Notes: generated by a model not told the origin, from the sequence alone. A DNA stretch of 64,000 nucleotides from an uncultured Clostridium sp. (GCA_946639585.1 CAMPBS010000003.1:25595-89594); one strand, 5' to 3'. Counted from the first letter of the stretch, positions 8,318-20,973 are shown. Numbers and translations are program-made.

Positions 8318-10922
8318 TTAAATCCACTCTCCATATTTTTTAATATAAATCTTTTTAGCAAATAGTGCTACAAAACAATATAATATTGGTACAACTAAAA
8401 TAATTGATAAATATTTAAAATCTAATGGAACAAGTCCTATTAAATTCCCTAAAAATGTGTAAGGCACTAATATTCCTATTAAGCTAAGCATTATTGAAGA
8501 TGTGTAAACAGCTCTATGAGCATTGCTTTGCACAAATGGAATTTTTGCAGTTCTAATTATATGCATACCAATTAAGTTTGAAACAATACTATAACTAAAC
8601 CATACAGTTTGGAATGTTGCGACATCTCTTAAATTAAACATAAACCACATTGTAGCAAAAACAACTAAGTCGAATAGTGAACTAAGTGGTCCCATAAACA
8701 GCATAAAATGCAACAAACTTTTTACATTAAATTGTTTTGGCTTATTTAAATATTCTTTATCAACATTATCAAAAGGCAGTGTAAGCTGACCAAAATCGTA
8801 AAGCAAACTTTCTACTAAAAGCTGAATTGGAGTTTCTGGTAAAAAAGGCAATAGAACACTGGCAATTATAATAGAAACAACTTCACCAAAGTTAAAACTT
8901 ACAGCCATTTTAATATATTTCATAAGATTTCCAAATGTTTTTCTTCCGTTCTTTTACACCATCCAATAAGACTTTTAAATCTTTTTCCAATAGAATTATA
9001 TCTGCAGATTCTTTTGCAATATCAACAGCTGTATCAACTGAAATTCCTACATCTGAATTTGTAAGAGATGGACTATCGTTTATTCCGTCTCCCATGTATC
9101 CAACAACATTTCCGGCTTCTTTTAGAAGTCTTACAATTCTTGCTTTCTGAATAGGAGAAAGCTTTGCAAAAATATTTGTCTTTTTCAAAATTCTCATAAT
9201 AGCAATATCAGGTAATTGCTCAATTTGACTGCCAAGTACAATATTGTTAGAATTTATTCCAACTTTATCACATATACATCTTGTAACTTCTGCATTATCA
9301 CCAGTTAGAACGATTACACGAACTCCAGCTTTATTAAGTTTTTCAATAGATTCTTTTGCACTTTCTTTTGGTGGATCTAAGAATCCTATAAATCCCATTA
9401 AAACCATATTCTTCTCTGCATTTACATCAAATGTTTCGATAGAATTTATGTCATTTTTTTGACAAACTGCAACAACTCTTAAACCATTCTTATTTAGCTC
9501 TTTACTTATTTTTCTAATATTTTCTTTAATTTCTTTTGTTATAATTGTAACTTGCCCCTTATAATCTACCATAGAGCAAATACTTAAGATTTCTTCAACA
9601 GCGCCTTTTGTAATAAGTTGTTTTTTGATACCGTCTGTAACTACAACAGACAAGCGTCTTCTTACGAAGTCAAAAGGTACTTCATCTATTTTTGTATACT
9701 TTTCTTTGTATTCTTCCATACCATTTTTAAGACCTCTATCAATTACTGCTTGATCCATATTGCTTCTTAAACCGGTTTGGAAATAAGCATTTAAAAATGC
9801 ATGCTTTAAAACTCTTATGTCTTCTTCACCATGAATATCAAGATATCTTTCTAAAACTATTTTATCTTCCGTTAAAGTGCCTGTTTTATCAGTACATAAA
9901 ATATTCATTCCACCAAGGCTTTGAATAGAATCTAATTTTTTAACAATAGTTTTCTTTTTACTCATTCTTACAGCGCCTTTTGAAAGACTGGATGAAAGTA
10001 TTACAGGTAGTAGAAGAGGGGTTATACCGATTGCAATAGCAACTGCAAAAGTGAAGGCTGTTAAATTGTCATGTTTCCAAGCATTTAAAACAAATACAAG
10101 AGGAATTAAAAAAATCATAAATCTTATTAAAAGTTTTGAAATTTGTTCAATTCCTTTTTGGAAAGATGTTTTGGGTTTACCTTGAGTTATATTTTTAGCA
10201 ACTTTACCAAAATAGGTAGAATCGGCAGTTTTTATAACAACACCCGTTGCACTACCACTAATTACATTAGTTCCCATAAAACATATTGTATCTAAATCTG
10301 ATATGTTATCTATTTCATTTATGGAAATCTCAGACTCTGAAAGTTTTTTAACAGCTTCAGATTCTCCAGTTAATGAAGATTGCCCAACATATAAATCTTT
10401 TGAATTTATAATTCTTAAATCTGCGGGAATCATACTACCAGCAGAAAGTTTTACAATATCTCCTAATACAACTTCTCTAATTGGAATTTGAATTTCTTGC
10501 CCATTTCTTAAAACTGTAGTTGTGGTAGCAACCAGCTCTTTTAGCTTTTCAGCAGCCTTATTTGAACGGAATTCTTCAAAAAACTCTAATAAAGTGCTTG
10601 CTAAAACCAAAACAACAATTACAATTATATTTGCATAATTGGGAACCTCTGGTAAAAATACATCAGTATATAATAAAATTAAAACAATTCCCATTAAAAT
10701 ACTATTAAACGGACTAAATAAACTACTAAAAAAATAATTATACCATTTCTTAGGCTTTCCTTGTTTAACCTCATTATAGCCGAAGTTATGTAGCAATTCT
10801 TCAACTGTTTGAGAGTTTAAACCTTCTTTATTTATTTTGAATTTCTTAATAAAATCTTCACATTTTAAAGTGCATTCTTTCCCATACATTTTGAGTGCTG
10901 TATTTTCTTTTATTTCTTGCAT
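8318..10922 (-). pseudogene. mgtA: Mg2+-importing P-type ATPase, single frame break (+1 needed at 8948)
   Basis: Motifs CTDKTGTLT, TGDN and GDGINDSP. The 670-aa N-terminal ORF runs onto an in-frame CGG (plus-strand CCG 8946-8948). Skipping the C gives ..LLDGVKE-G-RKTFGNLMKYIKMAVSFNFGEV.., which joins the 201-aa C-terminal ORF and matches the conserved EGRxTF..MKYIKM region. Confidence 0.85.
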
Positions 10923-11090
10923 TTTGTCTCACATTCCTTTCATTAATATAGTATAGCACTAATTAAAAAAAATAATTATTACATTTATGTTACAATAATA
11001 TTACATTTTTTATACAAATAAAAAACAATATTGAAATTAAAAAAAATTTATTTTATAATTAATTTGACAGTAATACCTAGGAGGAAAATT

Positions 11091-11969
11091 ATGGATGGTC
11101 TTCAATCATATTTAATGGATCATGAAAAAGACGTATGCTCTAAAATGTACGGAGTTCGTAAACTTCAAATAATCAAAGAAAAAAAAGGAGAGAAAATCTT
11201 TTTTGATAAATCTGTTTTATTTAAAACTGAATTAGCTCGTATGTTTATTGACTATATGCATTTAGATGTTGATAGAGACTTAGTCCTAACAGCTTGTTTA
11301 TTGTGCAATTGTAAAAAAGTTGATAATCCTCAAAAAAAGGGAAAACTATATACTTATGCGGAAGAAGGCGCTGAATATTTACAAGGATTGGGCTTTGAAA
11401 AAAGATTTTGCAAAATATGCAAGGGTGTAAATAGATACAGTGAAAAAAGAGAATTGGAAAATGGAAAAATACCAGAAGGTAGAGAACCAGAAAGCGATAT
11501 ATTAGAACTTGTAGATCATTTTGGCGGATGGATGCTTGATAGAAAAGAAAGAGAAGGACTTACTCCAGAAAATGCACTTATTCAAATGGAAACAGAAACT
11601 TTAAAAGGAAAAAACAACAGATATTTACATAAATTTCATGATTTCGTTTCAAAAATGCAAGAAATTGAAATAAAAGATTCAAAAATGGGATTGGTTGGTA
11701 ATAAAATTTTACCTAAAGCCAAAAAAGTAATTGATGAAAACGATATTGATCATTTAATTGGTGGAAATGTGATATTTGACTTTAATGAAATAGCAGATAA
11801 TAAAGCAAAAGAAGTATTCAATAATCAAGAAGCATTATTTGGAGGAATTCCAAATAATTCATATAAAAATACAGAGTCAACAAGATCTTTATTTACAAAA
11901 GAAGCAATTATGGCTGCAAGAACAGCAAGTAATTATAATAAGAATAGAGAAAATGATTATGAAAGATAA
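11091..11969 (+). CDS. hypothetical protein
   Basis: ATG 11091 follows AGGAGGA. No family recognised. Confidence 0.45.
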   Translation: MDGLQSYLMDHEKDVCSKMYGVRKLQIIKEKKGEKIFFDKSVLFKTELARMFIDYMHLDVDRDLVLTACLLCNCKKVDNPQKKGKLYTYAEEGAEYLQGLGFEKRFCKICKGVNRYSEKRELENGKIPEGREPESDILELVDHFGGWMLDRKEREGLTPENALIQMETETLKGKNNRYLHKFHDFVSKMQEIEIKDSKMGLVGNKILPKAKKVIDENDIDHLIGGNVIFDFNEIADNKAKEVFNNQEALFGGIPNNSYKNTESTRSLFTKEAIMAARTASNYNKNRENDYER

Positions 11970-12033
11970 ATTTTACGAAAGATAAAGCGACTAGAATAGT
12001 AGTCGCTATTTTATATGAAAGGAGAAAATTAAA

Positions 12034-13230
12034 ATGTATGAAATATTTGCAGACTTACATATACATATTGGGAGAGCAGAAAACGGAAAACCGATAAAAA
12101 TTACAGCGGCGAGGTCTTTAAATTTTGCAAACATAGCCAAAGAATGTGCAGAAAGAAAAGGGATAAATGTTTGTGGAATTATAGATTGTGCATCACCTTA
12201 TGTTATAGAAGATATAGAAAACTTTTTAAAAACAGGAGATGCCTACGAACTAGAAGATGGAGGGATAATTTACAAAGACAAGGTATGCATAATTTTAGGA
12301 AGTGAGGTAGAAACCTCTGAAATAAGCCGTGATGGTAAAAAAGGAGCAGCTCATAATCTTTGCTATTTCCCACATTTAGCTGATATAAAAGCATTTTCAA
12401 ATGAACTAAGCCATCATCTAAAAAATATAACATTAAGTACACAAAGAACAGATTTATCAGGATATGACTTAATAGATATGGTAGAAAGATATAATGGTAT
12501 TTTGGTTCCGGCACATGCATTTACACCATTTAAGAGCTATTATGGAAATTGTGTAGATAGAATGAAAGATATCTTTAAAGAAAAATTTGATAAGATCTTT
12601 GCAGTTGAGCTAGGTTTGAGTTCTGATACATTTTTAGCAGATACAATATCAGAATTAGAGGATAAAACATTTTTAACAAATTCAGATGCACACTCTTTAC
12701 CTAAAATTGCAAGAGAATACAATAAAATGCAAGTGGAAGACATTTCTTTTAAAGAAATAGTAAAAGCTCTAAAAGGAGAAGATGGAAGGAAAATACTTGC
12801 AAATTATGGGTTGGATCCAAAGCTCGGAAAATATCATAGAACATTTTGCGATGCTTGCAATAAAGTAATAGAAACTAAAGAACCTGTAAATGAGTGCCCA
12901 TATTGCGGAAGTAAAAAAGTTACATTTGGTGTTTTTGATAGAATTGAGCTAATCAAAGATAAAAAAGAAACTAAAAGCCCTGCAAATAGACCACCATACA
13001 TATATCAAGTGCCACTACAATTCATACCAGGTGTCGGAGGTAAAACAATAGAAAATTTACTAAAAACATTTGAAACAGAAATGAATATTTTACACAAATT
13101 ATCTTATGATGATATAGAAGCTGTTGTAGGAACAAAAGCAGCATTAAACATTGAAAATGCAAGAAATGGCAATATGAAAGTACATTCAGGTGGTGGAGGT
13201 AACTACGGCAAAGTTGAAGTTAAAAAATAA
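12034..13230 (+). CDS. PHP-domain protein, endonuclease Q-like (TIGR00375-like)
   Basis: N-terminal DLHIHIG metal motif, internal zinc ribbon CDACNK..CPYCGS, and a helix-hairpin-helix-like tail. Confidence 0.5.
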   Translation: MYEIFADLHIHIGRAENGKPIKITAARSLNFANIAKECAERKGINVCGIIDCASPYVIEDIENFLKTGDAYELEDGGIIYKDKVCIILGSEVETSEISRDGKKGAAHNLCYFPHLADIKAFSNELSHHLKNITLSTQRTDLSGYDLIDMVERYNGILVPAHAFTPFKSYYGNCVDRMKDIFKEKFDKIFAVELGLSSDTFLADTISELEDKTFLTNSDAHSLPKIAREYNKMQVEDISFKEIVKALKGEDGRKILANYGLDPKLGKYHRTFCDACNKVIETKEPVNECPYCGSKKVTFGVFDRIELIKDKKETKSPANRPPYIYQVPLQFIPGVGGKTIENLLKTFETEMNILHKLSYDDIEAVVGTKAALNIENARNGNMKVHSGGGGNYGKVEVKK

Positions 13231-13317
13231 TAGTAGTTTACTCATAAAAATGTAAGTTCTAAAACTCCTTATTTCGAATACACATTATGTATAAAAGAAA
13301 TAAGGAGAAAAAAGCTT

Positions 13318-13959
13318 ATGAAAAAATTAAAAAAAACACAAAAAATTAAAGAAATGGTTGTAAACCATTTGGCTAAAAACAAAAGAGAATATATAATTAT
13401 TTTAATATTATTTATAATAGGAATTTTTTCAGGAGTTTTATTTATAAATAATGTAAAAGAAGAACAATTTGGAAATATAAGTAATTATATAAATACTTTT
13501 ATAGAAAAAATTAAAAATATTGAAAGCATAAATAGTTTACAATTATTAAAAGCAAGCTTGTGGCAAAATATTGGAGTAGCATTACTTATTGGCTTTTTTG
13601 GAACAACAGTAATAGGTGTTCCAGTTGTATTTGGTTTAATCATATACAAGGGTTTTTGCTTGGGGTATACAATTTCTAGTTGCATAGCTGTATTAGGAAC
13701 ATCAAAAGGACTAGCATTTTTATTAAGCAATTTACTCTTACAAAATGTAATAATTATACCAACAATAATTGCAATAGCTGTGAGTGGGTTTAAACTTTAT
13801 AAATCCATACTAAAAGATAAACGAAAAGAAAACATAAAACTGGAAATAATAAGACACATACTATTCTGTGCGATAATGACAATAATGCTTGTTATAGCAT
13901 CATTAATAGAAGTATTTATATCAAATAATATGTTAAAAATGGTTGTCAAATATTTTTAA
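13318..13959 (+). CDS. spoIIM: stage II sporulation protein M
   Basis: 213-aa polytopic membrane protein. Size and adjacency to xerD fit spoIIM in clostridia. Confidence 0.65.
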   Translation: MKKLKKTQKIKEMVVNHLAKNKREYIIILILFIIGIFSGVLFINNVKEEQFGNISNYINTFIEKIKNIESINSLQLLKASLWQNIGVALLIGFFGTTVIGVPVVFGLIIYKGFCLGYTISSCIAVLGTSKGLAFLLSNLLLQNVIIIPTIIAIAVSGFKLYKSILKDKRKENIKLEIIRHILFCAIMTIMLVIASLIEVFISNNMLKMVVKYF

Positions 13960-14054
13960 AATTTTCATAAAAACTATTTACAAAATAGTAAATGTTTGAT
14001 ATAACTATAATAATAGTTTATGTAAATATAAATAAAATGAATAGGGGTATAGTG

Positions 14055-14936
14055 ATGGAAAAACAATTGAAACTTTATTATGAATTTTTAGAAAACGAAA
14101 AAAAATTATCAGATAATACATTACAATCTTATAAAAGAGATTTAAAACAATTTAAAAACTATTTAGATGAAAATGGAAAAAATTATAATAAAATTGAAGA
14201 AAAAGAAATAAAAGATTATATAGATTATTTACAAAATGTTGGAAAAAAGCCATCAACAATTTCAAGATGCATTGCGTCTATTAGATCATTCTATCAATAT
14301 GAATTAAAAAACAAAAAGGTAAAACAAGACCCAACAGATAGAATACAATCTCCAAAAATTGAAAAGAGAACTCCAAGCGTTTTAACATCAAATGAAGTTG
14401 CTTTATTACTTGAGCAACCAAGCAATGTTGATTTAAAAGGAATCAGAGATAAAGCAATGCTAGAATTCGCTTATGCTACAGGAATGAGAGTTACAGAAAT
14501 AATTTCTTTGAACATTGAAGATGTAAACATTGAAGAAGGATTTGTTGTTTGTACAAATGGCAATAAAAAAAGAAATATACCACTAGGATCAATGGCTCTT
14601 AAAGCTCTAAAAGAATACATAAAAAATGCTAGAGATATAATAATAAAAAATGAAAAAGAAACAGCTTTATTTGTAAACATAAATGGAAAAAGACTAACAA
14701 GACAAGGTTTCTGGAAAATTATTAAGTATTATAAAGAACAAGCACACATAACAAAAGAAATAACACCACACGTTTTAAGACATTCATTTGCAACACATTT
14801 ATTACAAAATGGTGCAGATTTAAAAGCTATTCAAACAATGCTTGGACATTCAGATATTTCATCAACACAAGTATATATGCAATTCCAAGATGAAAGCTTA
14901 AAAAAAGTATATAAAAACGCTCATCCAAGAGCTTAA
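14055..14936 (+). CDS. xerD: site-specific tyrosine recombinase XerD
   Basis: N-terminal core-binding region ..YYEFLENEKKLSDNTLQSYKRDL... Catalytic motifs ATGMRVTE, HVLRHSFATHLL and LGHSDISSTQVY. Start is uncertain: 14037, 14052 and 14055 are all possible. Confidence 0.8.
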   Translation: MEKQLKLYYEFLENEKKLSDNTLQSYKRDLKQFKNYLDENGKNYNKIEEKEIKDYIDYLQNVGKKPSTISRCIASIRSFYQYELKNKKVKQDPTDRIQSPKIEKRTPSVLTSNEVALLLEQPSNVDLKGIRDKAMLEFAYATGMRVTEIISLNIEDVNIEEGFVVCTNGNKKRNIPLGSMALKALKEYIKNARDIIIKNEKETALFVNINGKRLTRQGFWKIIKYYKEQAHITKEITPHVLRHSFATHLLQNGADLKAIQTMLGHSDISSTQVYMQFQDESLKKVYKNAHPRA

Positions 14937-14940
14937 ATAA

Positions 14941-14966
14941 AAATTCGGCAATAGCCGAATTTTTTG
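14941..14966 (+). terminator. intrinsic terminator after xerD
   Basis: AAATTCGGC-AAT-AGCCGAATTT followed by a T run. Confidence 0.65.
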
Positions 14967-15008
14967 TTTTGTATCTAGACTTTTTTTGTATTTATATGTA
15001 TAATAAAA

Positions 15009-16943
15009 ATGTCGAAAAAACCAGAAAGGAATATAAATATGGTAAAAAATGAGGAAATAAATAAGTTAAAAAACAGAGTAAATCAAGTATTGAATTCACC
15101 ACTTTTTGTATTAATAATAGGAGTAATATTGTTTTTTAAAACAATATTTTTCTATAACAACACAATAGCAATAAATGAACCTATTGGATTTGATACTATA
15201 TTAGGAACAATATCATTTATTGCGGTAATTGTTTCTGTTATTAGTATATTACCCAATAGAGGGAGAATGTGGACGGCAATTATAATTAATTTATTGTTAA
15301 GTATATTATTGTTTGCAGATAATATTTACTATTCTTTTTCAAGTAATGTGTTATCTGTTGCACAATTAGATAATCTTCAATATGGTGGAGAAATAATGAA
15401 AACATTGCCATCACTATTAGAATGGAAACAATTGATGTATTTTATTGATATCATAATAGTTCTATTACTAATTTGTTTTAAAGAAATAAAAATAGTTAAA
15501 ACAAATGAAAAAGGAAAGAAATTTGCAATTATAAAATCTGTTTATGCTGTACTTGCAATATTTGTATTTTTATTTGTAAGTATGGATTATGTAAGAGAAG
15601 GAGTACAAACATCATATAACAAAGATGTTCAAATAAGAAATGCAACAATATATGGTTACCATATTTCAGATATAGTAAATGAAACAAATGTAGCAAACAG
15701 AGCAAAATACAAGAATTATGATGATTTCAAAAAGAATTACGACAAATTTAAACAAAATTCTGAAGAAGATTATGGTACACTACAATATGATTTTGAAGAT
15801 TTAGCAAAAGGAAAAAATATAATTGTAGTTCAACTTGAATCAGTTCAAGAATTTGTTATAAATAAAACAATAAATGGAAAAGAAATAACACCAAACATAA
15901 ATAAATTTTTACATGAAAACATAGAGTTTACAAATATGCATATGCAAAGCTATTCAACAACAGCAGATTCAGAACATACAATGATGACATCAACTTTTCC
16001 GATGGAAAATGGTATGAGTTTTGCAAAATATTTTACAAACACTTATGATGATATATTTAAAATGTATAATGAAAATGGATATCACACATCATACATGCAT
16101 GGAAACTTCCCATATTTCTGGAATAGAGGAAATGTATATGGAAGATTAAAAATAGACAAAACAGAATTTAAAGAAGATTTTGAAGACCGCCATGAAGATA
16201 TAAATGGGGATTTATCAGATGAATTATTTTACGTTCAATCTGTAGATAAGATGAAAGGATATCAACAACCTTTCTTTACAGAAGTTGTTTCTGCATCATC
16301 TCATACACCTTTTACATTAGAAGGATTACAAGATAGAAGTAAAGTAACTATTGATGTTGGTAAATATAAAGATACATATTTTGGAAACTATATAGAATCA
16401 ATGAGTTATGCAGATTACGCTTTTGGAAAATTTATAGATAAATTAAAACAAGAAAATTTATACAATGATTCTGTAATACTTATATATGGAGATCACAATG
16501 GTTTAAGTATGTATGATGAAGAAATGATAGATTTCTTAAAACAATTAAATCCAGATTTAAATGATATACAAATAAAACTAAACTATACAAAAGTAGCATG
16601 TGGATTAAAATTGCCAGGAGTATCAAAATTAAAAATAAACAAACCAATCAATAAATTAGATATAAAACCTACAATGGCATATTTAAGCGATTTAGAAGAT
16701 GGAATATCACTTGGAACAAATATGTTTGCTAGTAAAAATTATGTATGTTTAAACAATGAAAGAATAATAACAGATAAATACTATTTTGATGGAAATTGGT
16801 ATGAAATAGAAACTGGACAAATGCTTGATATGAATAATATTAATTACAACTTAAAACAAGATTTACAAAAATATGAAAAAGAAATGCATGAACAAATAGA
16901 TTTATCAATTTCATTAAGTATTAATAACTTATTAGCTAAATAG
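15009..16943 (+). CDS. LTA synthase family protein (LtaS-type sulfatase domain, five N-terminal TM helices)
   Basis: Polytopic N-terminus followed by an extracytoplasmic sulfatase-like domain (..VVQLESVQEF.., ..YGDHNG..). Confidence 0.7.
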   Translation: MSKKPERNINMVKNEEINKLKNRVNQVLNSPLFVLIIGVILFFKTIFFYNNTIAINEPIGFDTILGTISFIAVIVSVISILPNRGRMWTAIIINLLLSILLFADNIYYSFSSNVLSVAQLDNLQYGGEIMKTLPSLLEWKQLMYFIDIIIVLLLICFKEIKIVKTNEKGKKFAIIKSVYAVLAIFVFLFVSMDYVREGVQTSYNKDVQIRNATIYGYHISDIVNETNVANRAKYKNYDDFKKNYDKFKQNSEEDYGTLQYDFEDLAKGKNIIVVQLESVQEFVINKTINGKEITPNINKFLHENIEFTNMHMQSYSTTADSEHTMMTSTFPMENGMSFAKYFTNTYDDIFKMYNENGYHTSYMHGNFPYFWNRGNVYGRLKIDKTEFKEDFEDRHEDINGDLSDELFYVQSVDKMKGYQQPFFTEVVSASSHTPFTLEGLQDRSKVTIDVGKYKDTYFGNYIESMSYADYAFGKFIDKLKQENLYNDSVILIYGDHNGLSMYDEEMIDFLKQLNPDLNDIQIKLNYTKVACGLKLPGVSKLKINKPINKLDIKPTMAYLSDLEDGISLGTNMFASKNYVCLNNERIITDKYYFDGNWYEIETGQMLDMNNINYNLKQDLQKYEKEMHEQIDLSISLSINNLLAK

Positions 16944-16976
16944 TATTTAATCAACAATTAAGGAGATATAATTAAA

Positions 16977-17987
16977 ATGGATGAAAATAATTTAATGAGT
17001 CCAAGCTTAGAAAGCAACCAAGAAGAAAGGCTAGAAAATTCATTAAGACCACAAACTTTAGAAGAATATATTGGGCAAAGTAAAGTAAAAGAAAATATGA
17101 AAATTTATATAGAAGCGGCAAAAAAGAGGGAAGAAGCTTTGGACCATGTACTTTTATATGGACCTCCAGGTTTAGGAAAAACAACACTTTCAAATATTAT
17201 AGCAAACGAAATGGGAGCTAATATAAAAATAACATCAGGTCCAGCAATAGAAAAACCAGGAGATTTAGCTTCAATTCTAACAAATCTTTCAGAATATGAT
17301 ATTTTATTTATAGATGAAATACATAGAATAAATAAGAATGTAGAAGAAATTTTATATCCTGCAATGGAAGATTATACATTAGATATAATGATAGGTAAAG
17401 GGCCTGGTGCAAGGTCGATAAGACTTGACTTACCAAAGTTTACATTAATTGGAGCTACAACAAGAGCTGGTTCATTAACAACACCATTAAGAGATAGATT
17501 TGGAATTGTACATAGATTGGAACTATATTCAATAGAAGACCTAACAACTATTGTTAAAAGGACAAGCAAAATCCTAGAAGTAGAAATAGAAGAAGAGGCT
17601 GCAATAGAAATTGCAAGACGTTCAAGAGGAACACCTAGAATTGCAAATAGATTATTAAAAAGAGTTAGAGATTATGCAATGGTTTTAGGAGATGGAAACA
17701 TAACTCTAAAACTTGCAAAAATGGCATTAAACAAACTTGAAATAGATGAATTAGGCTTAGACGAAATAGATAGAAAAATACTAGACACAATGATAGTTCA
17801 ATATGCGGGACGCCCTGTTGGAATAGAAGCATTAGCAGTAACAATAGGAGAAGAAGTTGAAACAATAGAAGATGTATATGAACCATATCTAATCCAATTA
17901 GGTTTTATTGCAAGAACAATAAGAGGGAGACAAGTACTTCCGCCAGCATATAAACATTTAGGATATTCATATCAAGATAATTTATAA
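16977..17987 (+). CDS. ruvB: Holliday junction branch migration helicase RuvB
   Basis: Motifs [12 protein letters not shown], Walker [17 protein letters not shown] and RTIRGR. Confidence 0.95.
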   Translation: MDENNLMSPSLESNQEERLENSLRPQTLEEYIGQSKVKENMKIYIEAAKKREEALDHVLLYGPPGLGKTTLSNIIANEMGANIKITSGPAIEKPGDLASILTNLSEYDILFIDEIHRINKNVEEILYPAMEDYTLDIMIGKGPGARSIRLDLPKFTLIGATTRAGSLTTPLRDRFGIVHRLELYSIEDLTTIVKRTSKILEVEIEEEAAIEIARRSRGTPRIANRLLKRVRDYAMVLGDGNITLKLAKMALNKLEIDELGLDEIDRKILDTMIVQYAGRPVGIEALAVTIGEEVETIEDVYEPYLIQLGFIARTIRGRQVLPPAYKHLGYSYQDNL

Positions 17988-17993
17988 TTATTA

Positions 17994-18130
17994 GTTAAAA
18001 TATATTAATTTTTAAACCCTTGGTGTCGCAACTTCCAGTTTTTAAATAACTAGTCTGTAAGTTGCTCCAGTCGCCCTGCGCTTCGCTTCGGTTGGTCGCT
18101 TACGCGGGTTTTAAATTAATATATTTTAAC
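17994..18130 (+). repeat. GC-core element copy 1 (conserved ~95-nt GC-rich core inside a copy-specific perfect A/T stem)
   Basis: Arms GTTAAAATATATTAATTT (17994-18011) and AAATTAATATATTTTAAC (18113-18130). Core CCCTTGGTGTCGCAACTTCCAG..CTGTAAGTTGCTCCAGTCGCCCTGCGCTTCGCTTCGGTTGGTCGCTTACGCGGG. Confidence 0.75.
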
Positions 18131-18194
18131 TTTTAATAAAAAATGTCTTGAATTTACGAATGTATTGTGATACAATACATTTTGGTTTTAATAA

Positions 18195-19544
<1,350 letters not shown>

Positions 19545-19554
19545 TAAATACAAT

Positions 19555-19588
19555 AAAAAGTTCTAAGAAAAAATCTTAGAACTTTTTT
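19555..19588 (+). terminator. intrinsic terminator after eno
   Basis: AAAAAGTTCTAAGA-AAAAA-TCTTAGAACTTTTTT. Confidence 0.7.
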
Positions 19589-19791
19589 AAAATTCTATTG
19601 AAAACAAATTACTTTTGTTATAAAATTACAATATCTAGTAAAAAATAGATAAATATGGATTACAATTTTTCTTTAATGCAAAAATACACGCAAGCTAGTA
19701 TTTTTGCGAAAAATTGTATCTATATTTTGTAACTAAATTTTAAATGCTATGCATCTAAAATTCAGACAAAATTATAGAGGAGGAAAAAGAA

Positions 19792-20973
19792 ATGAAAAAA
19801 ACAGTAAAAGACATTGATTTAAAAGGAAAGAAAGTATTGGTAAGATGTGATTTTAACGTACCAATGGATGAAGACAAAAATATAACAGACACTACAAGAA
19901 TAATCGCAGCTATACCAACAATAAAATATTTATTAGAAAATGATTGTGCAATAATTCTTTGCTCACATTTAGGAAGACCAAAAGGAGAATTCAAACCAGA
20001 ATTTTCATTAAAACCAGTAGCAAATGAATTATCTAAAATATTAGGTAAAGAAGTTATTATGGCAGAAGATGTAATAGGTGAAGATGCTAAAACAAAAGCT
20101 GCAAATTTAAAATCTGGCGAAATTATGTTATTAGAAAACGTAAGATTCCATAAAGAAGAAACAGATAATGATGAAGGATTTGCAAAAGAATTAGCAAGTT
20201 TAGCAGAAGTATATGTAAATGATGCATTTGGTGCAGCACACAGAGCACATGCTTCAACAGCAGGTGTTGCAAAATTTTTACCAGCAGTTTCTGGATTCTT
20301 AATTGAAAAAGAATTAGAATGCCTTGGAGATGCTATAAACAATCCAGAAAGACCATTTGTTGCAATATTAGGTGGCGCAAAAGTTTCAGATAAAATAGGT
20401 GTTATAGATAGCTTATTAGAAAAAGTAGATACATTACTAATTGGTGGTGGAATGGCTTATACATTCTTCAAAGCTCAAGGATATGAGGTAGGAAACTCAA
20501 TTTGTGAATTAGACAAGCTTGACCTAGCAAAAGAAGCTATGGCAAAAGCTAAAGCAAAAGGAGTAAACTTAGTATTACCAGTAGATACAAAAGTAGGAAA
20601 AGAATTCAAACCAGATACAGAGAGCAAAACAGTTGCATGGACAGAAATACCAGCAGATTGGGAAGGATTTGACATTGGAGAAAAAACAATAGAAATCTTC
20701 TCAGAAGAAATTAAAAAAGCTAAAACAGTAATCTGGAACGGTCCAGTTGGATTATTCGAATTCCCACAATTCTCAGTAGGAACAAATGCAATAGCTAGAG
20801 TACTAGCAACAATTGATGCTAAAACAATTATAGGTGGTGGAGATTCTGCAGCAGCAGTTAAAAAAGCAGGATTAGAAGATAAAATGACACACATTTCTAC
20901 TGGTGGTGGAGCTTCATTAGAATTTCTTGAAGGCAAGAAACTTCCTGGAATCGAATGCTTACTAGATAAATAG
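19792..20973 (+). CDS. pgk: phosphoglycerate kinase
   Basis: Motifs ..RCDFNVP.., ..SHLGRPKG.. and ..GGGDSAAAV... Confidence 0.95.
   Translation: MKKTVKDIDLKGKKVLVRCDFNVPMDEDKNITDTTRIIAAIPTIKYLLENDCAIILCSHLGRPKGEFKPEFSLKPVANELSKILGKEVIMAEDVIGEDAKTKAANLKSGEIMLLENVRFHKEETDNDEGFAKELASLAEVYVNDAFGAAHRAHASTAGVAKFLPAVSGFLIEKELECLGDAINNPERPFVAILGGAKVSDKIGVIDSLLEKVDTLLIGGGMAYTFFKAQGYEVGNSICELDKLDLAKEAMAKAKAKGVNLVLPVDTKVGKEFKPDTESKTVAWTEIPADWEGFDIGEKTIEIFSEEIKKAKTVIWNGPVGLFEFPQFSVGTNAIARVLATIDAKTIIGGGDSAAAVKKAGLEDKMTHISTGGGASLEFLEGKKLPGIECLLDK

Noticed and set aside
10923-11090. M-box (Mg2+) riboswitch upstream of mgtA.
   Set aside because: The upstream region is short and almost pure A/T. It has none of the G+C-rich helices expected of an M-box.
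13992-14054. The N-terminal extensions offered by the ORF track for xerD (13992), tpiA (21276), gpmI (22060), the ack paralogue (31422), trpS (32744), accC (48519), GH30 (38444c) and the 61239 ORF.
   Set aside because: In each case a downstream ATG has a better-placed Shine-Dalgarno sequence and gives the N-terminus typical of the family. The upstream starts are TTG/GTG or lack an RBS.
17994-18130. The GC-core element as a small protein-coding gene.
   Set aside because: An Arg/Lys-rich frame (PRKRPT.AKRRATGATYRLVI) is open in copies 1 and 3 on the reverse strand. It is closed by a TAG in copy 2, and no start codon or RBS is conserved.
17994-18130. The GC-core element as an integron attC site, a classical MITE or a CRISPR repeat.
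   Set aside because: An attC site has conserved outer R''/R' cores and a variable interior, which is the opposite of this layout. MITEs have conserved terminal inverted repeats and direct target duplications, and neither is present here. The copies are kilobases apart with no spacer periodicity, so this is not CRISPR.
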